Of a stretch of DNA of 64,000 nt, positions 8,540 to 18,951 are shown piece after piece. The first letter of the stretch is position 1. Each line of letters opens with the position of its first letter. Source of the DNA: Bdellovibrionota bacterium (lineage in GTDB: Bacteria > Bdellovibrionota > Bacteriovoracia > Bacteriovoracales > Bacteriovoracaceae); NCBI GenBank assembly GCA_030828105.1, contig JAURDE010000001.1, positions 14,042 through 78,041 on the forward strand, given 5' to 3'. Under the pieces are notes generated by a model that did no database searches, was not told the DNA's origin, and was given only the letters and a program-made list of their open reading frames with translations. The position numbers and the translations under genes are program-made.

Positions 8540-10102
8540 CTATGCGGCTTTTTTGCTGCGCTTATCTAAATCGTATTTTTCAACCTTCATAATAAGGGAT
8601 GCCCTACTGATTCCCAGTTCTTTTGCAAGTTTAGACTTATTAAAGCCACATCTTTTAAGCCCTTCTTTTATCATAAGTGCTTCAAGTTGTTCTAATGCAG
8701 GCTTTAATTTTCCGCTTGTTGTAATCCCTTCATCAAAAGTTAAGGAAGAAAAGTTTACTTCAGAGATACGAGGGCTTAAACAGTCAGGGTGAATGACTTT
8801 TTCTTCTCCTGAAAGGACAACCATTCTTTCGACTTCATTTTCAAGCTCTCTAACATTGCCTGGCCAATTATAATTAAGTAGCCTCTCTTTTGTTGCCCTG
8901 GCCAAGCTCTTCATTTGACTACCTTGTTGCTCACATTTTCTTTTCAAGAAATACTCTAAAAGAATATCAACATCCCCTTCTCTTTCTTTAAGAGCTGGTA
9001 AATTTAGAGTAATAACATTGATACGATAAAAAAGATCTTCTCTAAACTCTCCCTTATCCATCATTTCTTTTAGGTTTTTATTTGTAGCACAAATAATTCT
9101 CACATTAACTTTTTTAGGTGTTGTACCACCAACAGGAATGAATGTACCTTCTTGAATAATTCGTAATAGCTTTACTTGCATTGAAGGAGAAGTGTCACCG
9201 ATTTCATCTAAAAAAAGTGTGCCTCCATCTGCTGTTTCAAAAAAACCTTTCTTATCCTTTATGGCACCAGTAAATGCTCCCTTAACATGACCAAAAAGTT
9301 CACTGTCCAAAAGGTTCTCATTAAAGGCCGAACAATTTATGGCCAAAAAAAGTTTATCTTTTCTTGGTGAATTATAATGAATAGATTTGGCAACGAGCTC
9401 TTTACCTGTTCCGTTAGAACCGTTGATAAAAACCGTACTTTCTGAGTTTTTGATCCTTTCTAGTAGTGCATACACTTTCTGCATCGGCTTAGATTTTCCG
9501 ATAATATTGTGATAACGGTAACGGTCTGAGAGTTCAGACTGCATAGACTCAATGATTCTGGCCTTATCACTTAGTCCTTTTTCATATTCTGAAACTTCTT
9601 CTCCTACAAGTTCTACTAAATCTTTAATTCTTGTTAATGAGTCTTGATCAAGCCGAGGAATTTTTTCTACGGCCTTCTCGGCCTCTTCTTGATCGGCACC
9701 TGCTTCAACCATTTTTTCAACTATTGCTTTGACTTCCTTTTTAGTCATCGATTCTTGGGCGAATGGATAAACTATAAAAGATCCCCTAAACTCTCCCTCT
9801 GATTCAATCTTTATTCCCACTGCCTTTAGTGGTGTGAAAAATGTGTTAAAAAATTGAACACCATCTTCACTTTCTAGAGAGTCGCTTATGTTTTCTATAT
9901 CCTGTTCAATAATTTCTAGGCCATGATTGAGTTCGAGCTGAATTTTTAGGAAGTGAGAAATGAATTCATATCCTTTCTCCACCTGTGAGCTCCTAAGCCT
10001 ATACTGGGCATCGGCAAAAATACATTCAAGTCCGTACCATTGCCTTATAATCTTTTCCATTTTTTTAATGGCATGTAATTTTCCCAAAACTTTCCAGTCC
10101 AC
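8540..10102 (-). CDS. sigma-54-dependent transcriptional activator (bacterial enhancer-binding protein)
   Basis: AAA+ core with Walker A GSNGTGKE, the GAFTGA loop (HVKGAFTGA), Walker B TLFLDEIG and a C-terminal Fis-type HTH ([15 protein letters not shown]). The GTG start is preceded by GGGAGAG. The N-terminal ~200 aa is not a receiver domain. Confidence 0.85.
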   Translation of the reverse strand: MDWKVLGKLHAIKKMEKIIRQWYGLECIFADAQYRLRSSQVEKGYEFISHFLKIQLELNHGLEIIEQDIENISDSLESEDGVQFFNTFFTPLKAVGIKIESEGEFRGSFIVYPFAQESMTKKEVKAIVEKMVEAGADQEEAEKAVEKIPRLDQDSLTRIKDLVELVGEEVSEYEKGLSDKARIIESMQSELSDRYRYHNIIGKSKPMQKVYALLERIKNSESTVFINGSNGTGKELVAKSIHYNSPRKDKLFLAINCSAFNENLLDSELFGHVKGAFTGAIKDKKGFFETADGGTLFLDEIGDTSPSMQVKLLRIIQEGTFIPVGGTTPKKVNVRIICATNKNLKEMMDKGEFREDLFYRINVITLNLPALKEREGDVDILLEYFLKRKCEQQGSQMKSLARATKERLLNYNWPGNVRELENEVERMVVLSGEEKVIHPDCLSPRISEVNFSSLTFDEGITTSGKLKPALEQLEALMIKEGLKRCGFNKSKLAKELGISRASLIMKVEKYDLDKRSKKAA

Positions 10103-10213
10103 GACAACTCTCCCTGTGACTAAATATTGGACGCAGCTGAATGATTTTTCGGCAGTTTTGGTCTAAAACCTTACTTTTTTGAACGACTTTTACACAAGCT
10201 CATTAAAGAAATA

Positions 10214-10807
10214 TTATTGATTTTTTTTAAAGATCGTCCCTAAATAGTCGGAAAAATAGGGAGAATCCCAATCTTGTGGGCCGACAAATTTTTTGACCAT
10301 TTTCCCTTGCTCATTAAAAGCGTAGGTTTCAGGAACCTTAAGAGTTCCAAACTTTTGTAATGAATGTCCCTTGTTATCAACGGCCACAAGGATATTGGAT
10401 GGTAGCTTACCTATCTTTTTGGAAAGGAACTTTTTGACCTTGGCCTCTTCGTCGTTAATGGCAAAAAGGATGGCCACTAGATTATTCTCTTTTTGGGAGT
10501 CTAATAACTTTAAAAAACTTGGTAACTCTTCCTCACATGGGCCACACCATGTACCCCAGAAATGCACCAACACCCCCTTGGAGTTATTTGGAATTAATTC
10601 CTGTAGGAGTCCCTCTTTTTTAGAATAAATTTCCATCAAAGGAAAGTTAGGAAGTTCTTTGAGTACGTACTCTTCACTACTATTAAAATATTTGGACATT
10701 TTATTATGGTGATAATGAGAATAAAGTAGAGTGCCTGAGCTAAGGATAAGGGCCAAAAATAGTTTAAATGAAGTTGATGAAGTCATAGGTAAAAAAAAGG
10801 CCTTCAT
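10214..10807 (-). CDS. TlpA/ResA-like thiol:disulfide oxidoreductase, membrane-anchored or secreted
   Basis: WCGPC active site (FWGTWCGPCEEELP) and a hydrophobic N-terminus. ATG 10807 sits inside the rplQ terminator hairpin; ATG 10786 is an alternative start. Confidence 0.75.
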   Translation of the reverse strand: MKAFFLPMTSSTSFKLFLALILSSGTLLYSHYHHNKMSKYFNSSEEYVLKELPNFPLMEIYSKKEGLLQELIPNNSKGVLVHFWGTWCGPCEEELPSFLKLLDSQKENNLVAILFAINDEEAKVKKFLSKKIGKLPSNILVAVDNKGHSLQKFGTLKVPETYAFNEQGKMVKKFVGPQDWDSPYFSDYLGTIFKKNQ

Positions 10808-10818
10808 AAAGAAGGCCT
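10791..10818 (-). terminator. intrinsic terminator of the alpha operon (after rplQ)
   Basis: On the minus strand, AGGCCTTC-TTTAT-GAAGGCCT forms a perfect 8-bp stem followed by T7. It begins 9 nt after the rplQ stop. Confidence 0.85.
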
Positions 10819-10826
10819 CTATTGTA

Positions 10827-11186
10827 TTAATCTACGAAAGATATATAACTCATTGGAGCATTGTCACCCACTCTTCCTTCTGGAAGCTTGAGAACTCTTG
10901 TATACCCACCTGCTCTCTCTTTAAATTTAGGAGCGATGTCATTAAAAAGCTTCGTTACTGCAGATCTATTATTATTAAGTCTGGAGTATGCAAGTCTTCT
11001 ATTGGCCACTGTATCTTCTTTGGCCAAAGTTACAAGCCTTTCTACGTATGGCTTAAGGGCCTTACACTTTGTATGAGTTGTTTTAATTTTCCCATGATCA
11101 ATAATTTCTGTAGCAAGGTTACATAGTAGTGATCTTCTATGGGCCGGAGTTGTTCCAATTCTGTATTTTTTCTTTTGATGTCTCAT
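10827..11186 (-). CDS. rplQ: 50S ribosomal protein L17
   Basis: MRHQKKKYRIGTTPAHRRSLLCNLA N-terminus. It is the last gene of the alpha operon, after rpoA. Confidence 0.95.
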   Translation of the reverse strand: MRHQKKKYRIGTTPAHRRSLLCNLATEIIDHGKIKTTHTKCKALKPYVERLVTLAKEDTVANRRLAYSRLNNNRSAVTKLFNDIAPKFKERAGGYTRVLKLPEGRVGDNAPMSYISFVD

Positions 11187-11206
11187 CTCGTATACCTACC
11201 GAATTA

Positions 11207-12238
11207 TTAAGCGTTATTATCGCCTTCTTGATTATCTCTAATTTCTTTCATTATGCTATCAACTTTCATTCCAAGTCCAAGTCCCATATTAGTAAGAATT
11301 TCTTTTATTTCATTAAGAGACTTTCTACCGAAGTTTTTAGTTCTTAGCATTTCACCTTCGGTCTTAGAAACAAGTTCATAAATATATTTAATATTTGCAT
11401 TTTGTAAGCAGTTTGCACTTCTTACTGACAGCTCAAGCTCAGAAACAGGCTTTAAAAGGGCATTGTTTTGTGGTGCCGCAACTGCTTGTGGCTTAGACTC
11501 AAGCTTAGCAATCTCTTCTTCATCTTCAAAGTTTAGGAAAACAGCAAGTTGATCTCTAAGAATTTTTGCTGAATAAGCAACAGCTTCCTGAGGATCAATA
11601 CCAGCATTTGTCCAAACCTCTAAAGTAAGTTTATCGAAGTCAGTTCTCTTACCAACTCTAGAGTTGGCCACAGTGTAGTTAACTCTATTTACTGGTGAAA
11701 AAAGAGTATCAAGGTATATCCACCCAACAGGTAGATCAAATTGCTCTTGGTTATCAACGGCCGTTACATAGCCTTTACCTCTAGCAATTTTAACTTCCAT
11801 TCTGATCGATCCACTAGAAGAGACGTTACAAATAACGAGATCAGGGTTTAGAACTTCTACATTACTTTTTTCTTGAATATCCTTAGCAAGAACAGGGCCT
11901 TCTCCTGTTTTTTCCAGAACAAGAGTCATGTCTTCTTTTTCATTCAATTTAAACCTTACTTCTTTAAGGTTAAGAATGATTTCTGAAACCTCTTCCTTAA
12001 CGTTATCAATTGTTCCGAACTCATGAGAAACCCCATCAATTCGAACAGCAACAATCCCAGCACCCTGGAGAGAAGAAAGAAGAACTCTTCTTAAAGAGTT
12101 TCCAAGTGTTTGTCCGTATCCCCTTTCAAGAGGCTTTGCAACGAACTTACCATAAGAACGAGTCACAACATCGTTATCGATCTCAAGGGCCACCGGTCTA
12201 ATCATATTTGTCCAGTTTTTTGAAACAAAAGTATCCAT
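11207..12238 (-). CDS. rpoA: DNA-directed RNA polymerase subunit alpha
   Basis: 343 aa with [21 protein letters not shown] and a C-terminal CTD ([20 protein letters not shown]). It lies between rpsD and rplQ. Confidence 0.95.
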   Translation of the reverse strand: MDTFVSKNWTNMIRPVALEIDNDVVTRSYGKFVAKPLERGYGQTLGNSLRRVLLSSLQGAGIVAVRIDGVSHEFGTIDNVKEEVSEIILNLKEVRFKLNEKEDMTLVLEKTGEGPVLAKDIQEKSNVEVLNPDLVICNVSSSGSIRMEVKIARGKGYVTAVDNQEQFDLPVGWIYLDTLFSPVNRVNYTVANSRVGKRTDFDKLTLEVWTNAGIDPQEAVAYSAKILRDQLAVFLNFEDEEEIAKLESKPQAVAAPQNNALLKPVSELELSVRSANCLQNANIKYIYELVSKTEGEMLRTKNFGRKSLNEIKEILTNMGLGLGMKVDSIMKEIRDNQEGDNNA

Positions 12239-12266
12239 ATTTTTATTCTCCCCAGAATTTTAACTA

Positions 12267-12893
12267 TTACTTTGTATAAAGCTCGACGATCAAGTGTTCT
12301 TCAATTTGAGAAGTTACATCACTTCTTCTTGGAAGATCTTTTACCGTGGCCATATATTTCCCTTTATCAACATCTAACCAAGCAGGGATTTCTCTCATAC
12401 TGTTAGCCTCTAGAGCTCCAGTTAATTTAACTGAAGATTTAGACTTTTCTCGTAATCCAATCACATCACCAGCTTTAAGAATCATCGAAGGTATATTCGC
12501 TTTTTTCCCGTTGATCGTGAAGTGTGAGTGCTTCACAAGCTGTCTGGCTTCTTTTCTAGAAGCAGCAAAACCTGTTTTATAAACAATATTGTCAAATCTT
12601 CTTTCTAAGAGAGAAAGTAGATTCTCACCAGTAACACCTTTCATAGTAACAGCTTTAGAAAAGATGTTTCTCATTGGCTTTTCTTGAACACCATAAAGCC
12701 TTTTAAGCTTTTGTTTCTCTCTTAACTGAACCCCATAGTCAGAAATCTTTGTTCTTCTCTGTCCATGCTGCCCAGGAGGGTAAGGTCTTCTTTCGATAGC
12801 ACACTTATCTGTGTAGCATCTGGTTCCTTTAAGAAAAAGTTTTTCACCTTCTCTTCTACAAAGCCTACAAACTGATCCTCTATATCTAGCCAT
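12267..12893 (-). CDS. rpsD: 30S ribosomal protein S4
   Basis: [24 protein letters not shown]-terminus, in the expected alpha-operon position. Confidence 0.95.
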   Translation of the reverse strand: MARYRGSVCRLCRREGEKLFLKGTRCYTDKCAIERRPYPPGQHGQRRTKISDYGVQLREKQKLKRLYGVQEKPMRNIFSKAVTMKGVTGENLLSLLERRFDNIVYKTGFAASRKEARQLVKHSHFTINGKKANIPSMILKAGDVIGLREKSKSSVKLTGALEANSMREIPAWLDVDKGKYMATVKDLPRRSDVTSQIEEHLIVELYTK

Positions 12894-12896
12894 ATC

Positions 12897-13283
12897 TTAT
12901 ACCCTTCTTCTTTTAGGAGCTCTACACCCATTATGTGGAATTGGACTTCTATCTGAAACAGATGACAATTTCATACCTGCTTGAATAACCGCTCTAATAG
13001 CATTTTCTCTACCAGCACCAGGTCCTTTTACTCTTACTTCACAAGAAGTCATCCCATGCTCAACTGCTTTTTTAGCAGCTTCATAAGCAGCTTGCTGAGC
13101 AGCAAATGGTGTTGATTTCTTAGATCCTCTAAAACCTAGTTGACCAGCACTTGCCCAAGCAATGGCCTCACCTTTAGGATCAGTAAAAGTAACGATAGTG
13201 TTATTAAATGACGCCTGTACATGGCAGATACCATGAGCGACATTCTTTTTAACTTTCTTTTTTCCAGCTATTTTCTTTGCCAT
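12897..13283 (-). CDS. rpsK: 30S ribosomal protein S11
   Basis: Motifs [18 protein letters not shown] and [17 protein letters not shown]. Confidence 0.95.
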   Translation of the reverse strand: MAKKIAGKKKVKKNVAHGICHVQASFNNTIVTFTDPKGEAIAWASAGQLGFRGSKKSTPFAAQQAAYEAAKKAVEHGMTSCEVRVKGPGAGRENAIRAVIQAGMKLSSVSDRSPIPHNGCRAPKRRRV

Positions 13284-13304
13284 CTTTATTATTTCCTTAA
13301 ATTA

Positions 13305-13691
13305 TTACTTCATTTGTTTGATAGATTTCTTACCTGCAATCGCTACGGCCTTACCTTTTCTTGTCCTAGCGTTTGTATGTGTCCTTTGACCTCTTACAGG
13401 AAGACCTCTTCTGTGACGAATACCTCTATAACAGCCAAGGTCTTTTAATCTTTTAATATTCAGACCGACCTCTCTTCTTAGATCCCCTTCTACTTGGTAA
13501 GCATCGGAGTCAAGAATTTGTCTGATCTCATTTGTTTCTTCTTCAGTAAGATCATTAGAGTTTCTATCTAAATCAATATTAGCTTTAGTGAGAACTTCCT
13601 GGGCCACAACTGGTCCAACGCCATAAAGTGACTGAAGAGCTATTCTCATTACTTTGTTTCTTGGTATATCAACACCGAGGATTCTTGCCAT
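13305..13691 (-). CDS. rpsM: 30S ribosomal protein S13
   Basis: [14 protein letters not shown]-terminus and [18 protein letters not shown]. Confidence 0.95.
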   Translation of the reverse strand: MARILGVDIPRNKVMRIALQSLYGVGPVVAQEVLTKANIDLDRNSNDLTEEETNEIRQILDSDAYQVEGDLRREVGLNIKRLKDLGCYRGIRHRRGLPVRGQRTHTNARTRKGKAVAIAGKKSIKQMK

Positions 13692-13700
13692 TTTTTGCTC

Positions 13701-13817
13701 CTAACCTTGTCTTTGCTTATGTTTTGGATTGGGTTTACAGACAACTCTGACTACACCTTTCCTCTTAATAATTTTACAATCTTTACAGATCTTTTTTACT
13801 GATGATCTTACTTTCAT
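13701..13817 (-). CDS. rpmJ: 50S ribosomal protein L36 (zinc-binding form)
   Basis: Below the ORF-track size cutoff. Hand translation gives [38 protein letters not shown] followed by TAG. It lies between infA and rpsM. Confidence 0.9.
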   Translation of the reverse strand: MKVRSSVKKICKDCKIIKRKGVVRVVCKPNPKHKQRQG

Positions 13818-13831
13818 GACCTATTCTCACC

Positions 13832-14080
13832 TTAATTATTTTTTGGTTTACTACCAGATCCTTTAGATCTGTAGGTTATTCTTCCTTTAGTTAAATCGTA
13901 CTTACTAATTTCCACAAGCACTTTGTCTCCAGGGAGTATCTTAATAAAGTGCATTCTCATTTTTCCACTTATGTGGGCAATGATACTGTGTCCATTAGGA
14001 AGTTTTACTCTGAACATCGTATTAGGAAGAAGCTCTGTCACCTCTCCTTCTATCTCAATGATGTCTTTTCCTGCTGCCAT
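13832..14080 (-). CDS. infA: translation initiation factor IF-1
   Basis: S1-like fold with [32 protein letters not shown]. It has a roughly 10-aa C-terminal tail ([11 protein letters not shown]). Confidence 0.9.
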   Translation of the reverse strand: MAAGKDIIEIEGEVTELLPNTMFRVKLPNGHSIIAHISGKMRMHFIKILPGDKVLVEISKYDLTKGRITYRSKGSGSKPKNN

Positions 14081-14110
14081 TTATACCTTTTAGCAATCTT
14101 AGCTTCATAT

Positions 14111-14147
14111 AAAAATCAGCTTAATAACGCAAGTCGATTAAGCTGAT
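14111..14147 (-). terminator. stem-loop / possible internal attenuator between adk and infA
   Basis: ATCAGCTTAAT (14115-14125) and ATTAAGCTGAT (14137-14147) form a perfect 11-bp stem with an 11-nt loop. On the minus strand it is followed by TTTTAT. Confidence 0.5.
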
Positions 14148-14157
14148 ATACCAATCT

Positions 14158-14793
14158 TTACTCGAGCGCCACCTTAACTTTTTCTAGTATTTCTGCAGGC
14201 TTAAGCCCAGCATCAACTCGAATAAGCCTTTGTTTTTGCTCGTAATATTCCAAAATAGGATCAATAGTCTCCTTGAAGACATTTAATCTATTCCCTACTG
14301 CTTCCTCTGTGTCATCTTTACGATCTACCAAGGGACCATCACAAAGATCACATTTTCCATCTGTTTTCGGTGACTTATAGACTAAATTATAGATGGCCCC
14401 ACAGTCACCACAAGTTCTTCTATTTACAAGCCTCTCTTTAAGTACATCGAGGCTAATATCAAAATAGATGGCCTTTGATGGAAAATCTTTAAGAACAACC
14501 TCATCAAGTGCTTTAGCTTGATCAATCGTTCTAGGAAAACCATCAAATATATAGGCACCATTTGATAGATCGCAATTATTCTTCAATAACTCCAACACAA
14601 TCTCATCGCTAACGAGGGCGCCACGGCTCATAATATCACTAACTCTTTTGCCTAGGTCCGTTGCTTTTTCAACTTCGGCCCTAAGAAGATCACCCGTTGA
14701 GACGTGGTTGAAATTTAGGTCCATGACTAAATTCTTGGCCTGAGTTCCCTTACCACTTCCAGGTGCTCCTAAAAATATCGCTTGAATACTCAC
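14158..14793 (-). CDS. adk: adenylate kinase
   Basis: P-loop GAPGSGKGTQ and a Cys4 lid (CGDC...CDLC). It lies directly after secY. Confidence 0.95.
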   Translation of the reverse strand: MSIQAIFLGAPGSGKGTQAKNLVMDLNFNHVSTGDLLRAEVEKATDLGKRVSDIMSRGALVSDEIVLELLKNNCDLSNGAYIFDGFPRTIDQAKALDEVVLKDFPSKAIYFDISLDVLKERLVNRRTCGDCGAIYNLVYKSPKTDGKCDLCDGPLVDRKDDTEEAVGNRLNVFKETIDPILEYYEQKQRLIRVDAGLKPAEILEKVKVALE

Positions 14794-16101
14794 TTAAAAT
14801 CTCCTCTTACTTCCGCTGTATTTACCTCTTGATTTGTAGGAGGTTTCATACTTTTCAGCGAACATAAAGGATTGAATATTCATCATCACTCTAATGGAAA
14901 CACTTACAAGAATAAGTAAGCTCGTTCCACCAAAGCGCGTTTGCTTGCCTGTTATAAGATCGGGGGTAACACAGATAAAAATAAGAAAAAGAGAGCCAAA
15001 GAAAGTTAACCTATTGAGGACGAAGTCTAGGAATTCTTTCGTTCTCGTCCCAGGTCTAACTCCTGGAATAAAGGCATTATTTTTTTGTAGCATCTCAGAG
15101 ATCTTTTTGGTTTTAAACTGGATAGGTGCATAAAAATAGGTCATATAAGCTATAAGACCTGCAAATACTAAGTTAAACAGAAGCTCTCCTGGGTAAAGAG
15201 ACTGCTGTATTGTATCAAAGTAAGGTTTCAATGGACTTGAAGGATCAATAAAGCTAGCAAATGTAGCTGGAGCTGCGAGAAGGGAAGAGGCAAGAATAGG
15301 AGGCATAACACCACCAGTATCAACTCTTACAGGCAGACTTTGGGCCCCACCATAAACGCGATTATTCACAACTTTTTTTGCATATTGCACAGGAACACTT
15401 CTAAATGATTTTTCTATAAAGGAAACCACGTAGAAAGCAACTAAAATTACAGCAAAAGTAATCAGTATCGAGAAACCAGAAATTTCACCACTTCTATATA
15501 GGGTTAGATTTTGAATAACTTCCGATGGTAACTCAACAGCAATACCAGCGAAAATGATAAGTGATACCCCATTTTCCAGACCGTACTCAGTAATTCTCTC
15601 TCCGAGCCATAGCAAGAACATAGTTCCAGCCGCAAGTGTCACCATAGTAGATAATCTAAAAAGCATACCTGGCTCTGGTATAACTGGAGCTCCTGATGGT
15701 GCCTTGAAACCCTCAAAAACTGCGGCCATTCCATAACCTTGAATACAGCACAGAAGAACTGTTGCATATCTGGTCCACTTTTGAATTTTTTTATGCCCCT
15801 CACTGTCTTCTTGTAGCTCTTGAATCTGAGGAATAACTTCACCTAAGAGGCTAAAGATAATTGAGGTTGTAATATAAGGCATAATCCCAAGTGCTAGTAC
15901 AGAAAACCTTTTAAAGGCACCCCCACTAAAAGTGTTGATCAGATCAAAAATTCCGCCACCACCTTCAGCAAAGTAAGCATTAATTGCAGCACCATCTACA
16001 CCTGGTACTGGAACCTGAGCCGCAAACCTGTAAACAGCAAGAAGAACAAAAGTCCAAAAAACATTACGCTTTAATTCTTCTAACCTTGAGCTTGAAAACA
16101 T
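14794..16101 (-). CDS. secY: preprotein translocase subunit SecY
   Basis: 435-aa polytopic protein with GIMPYITTSIIFSLL and GGTSLLILVSV, at the end of the spc operon. Confidence 0.95.
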   Translation of the reverse strand: MFSSSRLEELKRNVFWTFVLLAVYRFAAQVPVPGVDGAAINAYFAEGGGGIFDLINTFSGGAFKRFSVLALGIMPYITTSIIFSLLGEVIPQIQELQEDSEGHKKIQKWTRYATVLLCCIQGYGMAAVFEGFKAPSGAPVIPEPGMLFRLSTMVTLAAGTMFLLWLGERITEYGLENGVSLIIFAGIAVELPSEVIQNLTLYRSGEISGFSILITFAVILVAFYVVSFIEKSFRSVPVQYAKKVVNNRVYGGAQSLPVRVDTGGVMPPILASSLLAAPATFASFIDPSSPLKPYFDTIQQSLYPGELLFNLVFAGLIAYMTYFYAPIQFKTKKISEMLQKNNAFIPGVRPGTRTKEFLDFVLNRLTFFGSLFLIFICVTPDLITGKQTRFGGTSLLILVSVSIRVMMNIQSFMFAEKYETSYKSRGKYSGSKRRF

Positions 16102-16112
16102 ACTTGTTACCT

Positions 16113-16562
16113 TTATTCAATAGAACCACCGGCCTTCTTAATCAATTCCATGGCCGATGTAGAAAATTTTTCAATACCTTTAAACTTAAAAGACTTGGTT
16201 AGTTCACCTTTACCAAGAATTTTTATAGGTCTTCTTTTTTCGATACCTTTTAGAAGTCCTGTTTCAATAAGAGATTCTCTTGTAACCTCATCTCCATTGA
16301 ATTTTTTCTCGAGTTCACCGAGATTAATAACTGAATAGACTTTCTTAAAAGCGTGGTTTTTAAACCCTTTTTTAGGAAGCATAATATAAAGAGGCATAGC
16401 ACCTGATTCAAAACCAGATCTTACATGACCACTTTTTCTAGCCTTTTGACCTTTATGCCCTTTACCAGCTTGAGTCCCTTGACCAGAACCCTGACCTCGA
16501 CCCAATCTTTTAGTATTTCTATTAGCGCCTCTTGGACTTGATAAATTATTTAAGGTTAACAT
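16113..16562 (-). CDS. rplO: 50S ribosomal protein L15
   Basis: Glycine/lysine-rich N-terminus (RLGRGQGSGQGTQAGKGHKGQKAR). It lies between rpmD and secY. Confidence 0.95.
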   Translation of the reverse strand: MLTLNNLSSPRGANRNTKRLGRGQGSGQGTQAGKGHKGQKARKSGHVRSGFESGAMPLYIMLPKKGFKNHAFKKVYSVINLGELEKKFNGDEVTRESLIETGLLKGIEKRRPIKILGKGELTKSFKFKGIEKFSTSAMELIKKAGGSIE

Positions 16563-16573
16563 TTTCCACCACC

Positions 16574-16759
16574 TTATTCATATCTGAAGTCAAGAAGATG
16601 AATAACTTTTTTAATCATCCCTCTAACCGCAGGAGTATTCTCTAGTGTTTTTTCGTGACCGATTCTTCTGAGTCCTAAGCCTCTTACATTAGCTTTTTGA
16701 CGCTCATTATGTCCGATCGTACTTTTTTTCAATTTAACTGTAATTGTTTTATGGGCCAT
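16574..16759 (-). CDS. rpmD: 50S ribosomal protein L30
   Basis: 61 aa with [29 protein letters not shown]. Confidence 0.9.
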   Translation of the reverse strand: MAHKTITVKLKKSTIGHNERQKANVRGLGLRRIGHEKTLENTPAVRGMIKKVIHLLDFRYE

Positions 16760-16785
16760 AATCTTACCCTCTCTCTTCCTTAATT

Positions 16786-17385
16786 TTATTTAAGTCTAAC
16801 TTGTTTTACTTCTATGCCTCTAACCTTAGCGATTTGTTCTGGCGATCTTAATTGCTTAAGGGCCTGGAAAGTCGCTTTAACAACGTTATGAGGGTTATTT
16901 CCTCTTAGGGACTTGGTTAATACGTTATGAATACCTGCAAGTTCTAAGATAGAACGGCATGCACCTGCGGCTTTAATACCTGTACCATCAGCTGCTGGTT
17001 TAAAAAGGATCTTTCCAGCATCGAATTCACCTAAAACTTGATGAGGGATTGTTCCGCCATCAATAGGAACATTAATCATATTTTTTTCAGCGGCCTGAGT
17101 TGCTTTTCTAATGGCCTCAGGAACTTCTTTTGCTTTTCCTAAACCAAAACCGACATGACCTTTTTTGTCGCCAACAATGATAAGTGCAGAAAATGAAAAC
17201 CTTCTACCACCCTTTACAACTTTAGCAACTCTGTTAACTGCAACAACCCTTTCTTCTAGTTCAGGATCTACAGACTCAGGTCTCTTTCTTTTAGGAGCAG
17301 GCTTTCTATTTCTAGGTGCCTTTTTCCCCTCTGGAGCAGCTTTTGCATTTTCATCATTGTTTTTTACTTCTTTTTCATCAACCAT
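16786..17385 (-). CDS. rpsE: 30S ribosomal protein S5 (with a basic N-terminal extension)
   Basis: Core [27 protein letters not shown], preceded by a Lys/Pro-rich segment of about 38 aa. Confidence 0.95.
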   Translation of the reverse strand: MVDEKEVKNNDENAKAAPEGKKAPRNRKPAPKRKRPESVDPELEERVVAVNRVAKVVKGGRRFSFSALIIVGDKKGHVGFGLGKAKEVPEAIRKATQAAEKNMINVPIDGGTIPHQVLGEFDAGKILFKPAADGTGIKAAGACRSILELAGIHNVLTKSLRGNNPHNVVKATFQALKQLRSPEQIAKVRGIEVKQVRLK

Positions 17386-17402
17386 ATAAAGCCTCTAATT
17401 TA

Positions 17403-17777
17403 TTAAAATTTAATTCCGTTTTCTCTAATTGAGTCAGCTAATATAGTAAGAACACCTGTGTATTTATATCCGTTCCTATCAAAAACAGCCTTATCAATAT
17501 TGTTCTCTTTTAGCTTAGATGCTACCTCAACACCTAAAACTTTCGCCTTGTCTTTTTTACAACCAGACATCTCAACGTTTTTACCAAAAGACTTACAAGT
17601 AAAAAGAGTCACTCCTGTCTCATCATCAATAGCTTGAATAAGGATATGCTTATTTGACTTATTAGCACAAAGTCTTGGCATTTCCTTCGTTCCAGAAATA
17701 GTCTTTCTTATTTTAAGCTTTCTTCTGGCCCTTTTCGCCATTGAATCACTTTTAATTTTTCCGTTTTGCTTTCTCAT
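17403..17777 (-). CDS. rplR: 50S ribosomal protein L18
   Basis: RARRKLKIRKTISGT...PRLCANKSNKHILIQ and a C-terminal FDRNGYKYTG. Confidence 0.95.
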   Translation of the reverse strand: MRKQNGKIKSDSMAKRARRKLKIRKTISGTKEMPRLCANKSNKHILIQAIDDETGVTLFTCKSFGKNVEMSGCKKDKAKVLGVEVASKLKENNIDKAVFDRNGYKYTGVLTILADSIRENGIKF

Positions 17778-17793
17778 GTCTTATTACCTCAGC

Positions 17794-18330
17794 TTATTTA
17801 GCGCCAGACTTACCAGCTTTTCTGATGATATGCTCTTCAGCATACTTAATACCTTTACCTTTATAAGGCTCTGGTGGTCTAAATGATCTTACTTTAGCAG
17901 CAACTTGACCTACTTGGGCCTTATCAATACCAAAAAGTTCAATAGTATTTTTATTAACTTTCGCAGTAACACCCTCTGGAAGATCATAATTGATCGGATG
18001 AGAGTAACCAAGATTCAGCTCAAGAACCTTACCTTTAACGACTGCTTTATAACCAACACCGTTAAATTCTAAGTTTCTTTGAAAGCCTTCAGTAACACCT
18101 ACTACCATATTATTAAGTAGACTTCTGGTTGTACCCCATAAGGATCTTGATAAATTACTCTCATTAGCTGGAGTAACTATTAGCTCTTTATCTTTCATTT
18201 CAATTTTTACATGCTCAGTAAATTCCGCTGCTAGCTCACCCTTTGGGCCTTTGATGCTTACATGAAATCCGTCAATGGCTACATTGACTTTATCTGGAAC
18301 AACTACTGGGTTTTTCCCAATCCTAGACAT
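17794..18330 (-). CDS. rplF: 50S ribosomal protein L6
   Basis: MSRIGKNPVVVPDKVNV N-terminus and PEPYKGKGIKY. Confidence 0.95.
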   Translation of the reverse strand: MSRIGKNPVVVPDKVNVAIDGFHVSIKGPKGELAAEFTEHVKIEMKDKELIVTPANESNLSRSLWGTTRSLLNNMVVGVTEGFQRNLEFNGVGYKAVVKGKVLELNLGYSHPINYDLPEGVTAKVNKNTIELFGIDKAQVGQVAAKVRSFRPPEPYKGKGIKYAEEHIIRKAGKSGAK

Positions 18331-18339
18331 AATTAACTC

Positions 18340-18723
18340 CTACCAAATGTTGCAGAGGACTTCTCCTCCAACCTTTCTTTTCTTAGCCTCTCTAGAAGAG
18401 AGTATACCTTGGGAAGTTGACACTACAGAGATACCTAAACCACTTACAACTCTTGGAAGGGTCTTATATCCACTATAGCTTCTTAGACCTGGTGTCGACT
18501 GTCTATTTAGTCTCACTATGGCGTCATCTTTAAACACTACTTTAATTTTGATATCACTTGGTGCTTTGGCGATGATTTTAAAAGATTTGATATAACCTTC
18601 CTCTTTTAAAACCTTGCAAATTCCAGCCTTGATTTTACTCGCTGGAAAATCAACCCTATCTTTGCCCGCGGCTAAAGCGTTTCTCATTCTTGTAAGCATA
18701 TCAGCAATAGGATCTGTCATCAT
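18340..18723 (-). CDS. rpsH: 30S ribosomal protein S8
   Basis: MTDPIADMLTRMRNA N-terminus and a GGEVLCNIW C-terminus. Confidence 0.95.
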   Translation of the reverse strand: MMTDPIADMLTRMRNALAAGKDRVDFPASKIKAGICKVLKEEGYIKSFKIIAKAPSDIKIKVVFKDDAIVRLNRQSTPGLRSYSGYKTLPRVVSGLGISVVSTSQGILSSREAKKRKVGGEVLCNIW

Positions 18724-18744
18724 AACTCTTGTCTCCTCAATTAA

Positions 18745-18930
18745 TTACCAACTTGATTTGGTCACTCCAGGGATCATCCCTTTTAAGGCCAATGATCTTA
18801 AACAACATCTGCATAGTTTAAATGCTCTATAAAATGCTCTCGGTCTTCCACAAACTTCACATCTGTTTCTCTGTCGAGAGCTAAACTTTGGTTTCTTTTT
18901 TGCCGCTGCAATTTTTGATAATTTGGCCAT
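18745..18930 (-). CDS. rpsN: 30S ribosomal protein S14, short zinc-ribbon (type Z) form
   Basis: 61 aa with [20 protein letters not shown]. It lies between rplE and rpsH. Confidence 0.9.
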   Translation of the reverse strand: MAKLSKIAAAKKKPKFSSRQRNRCEVCGRPRAFYRAFKLCRCCLRSLALKGMIPGVTKSSW

Positions 18931-18951
18931 TATCTATTTCCTTTTTAAAAA

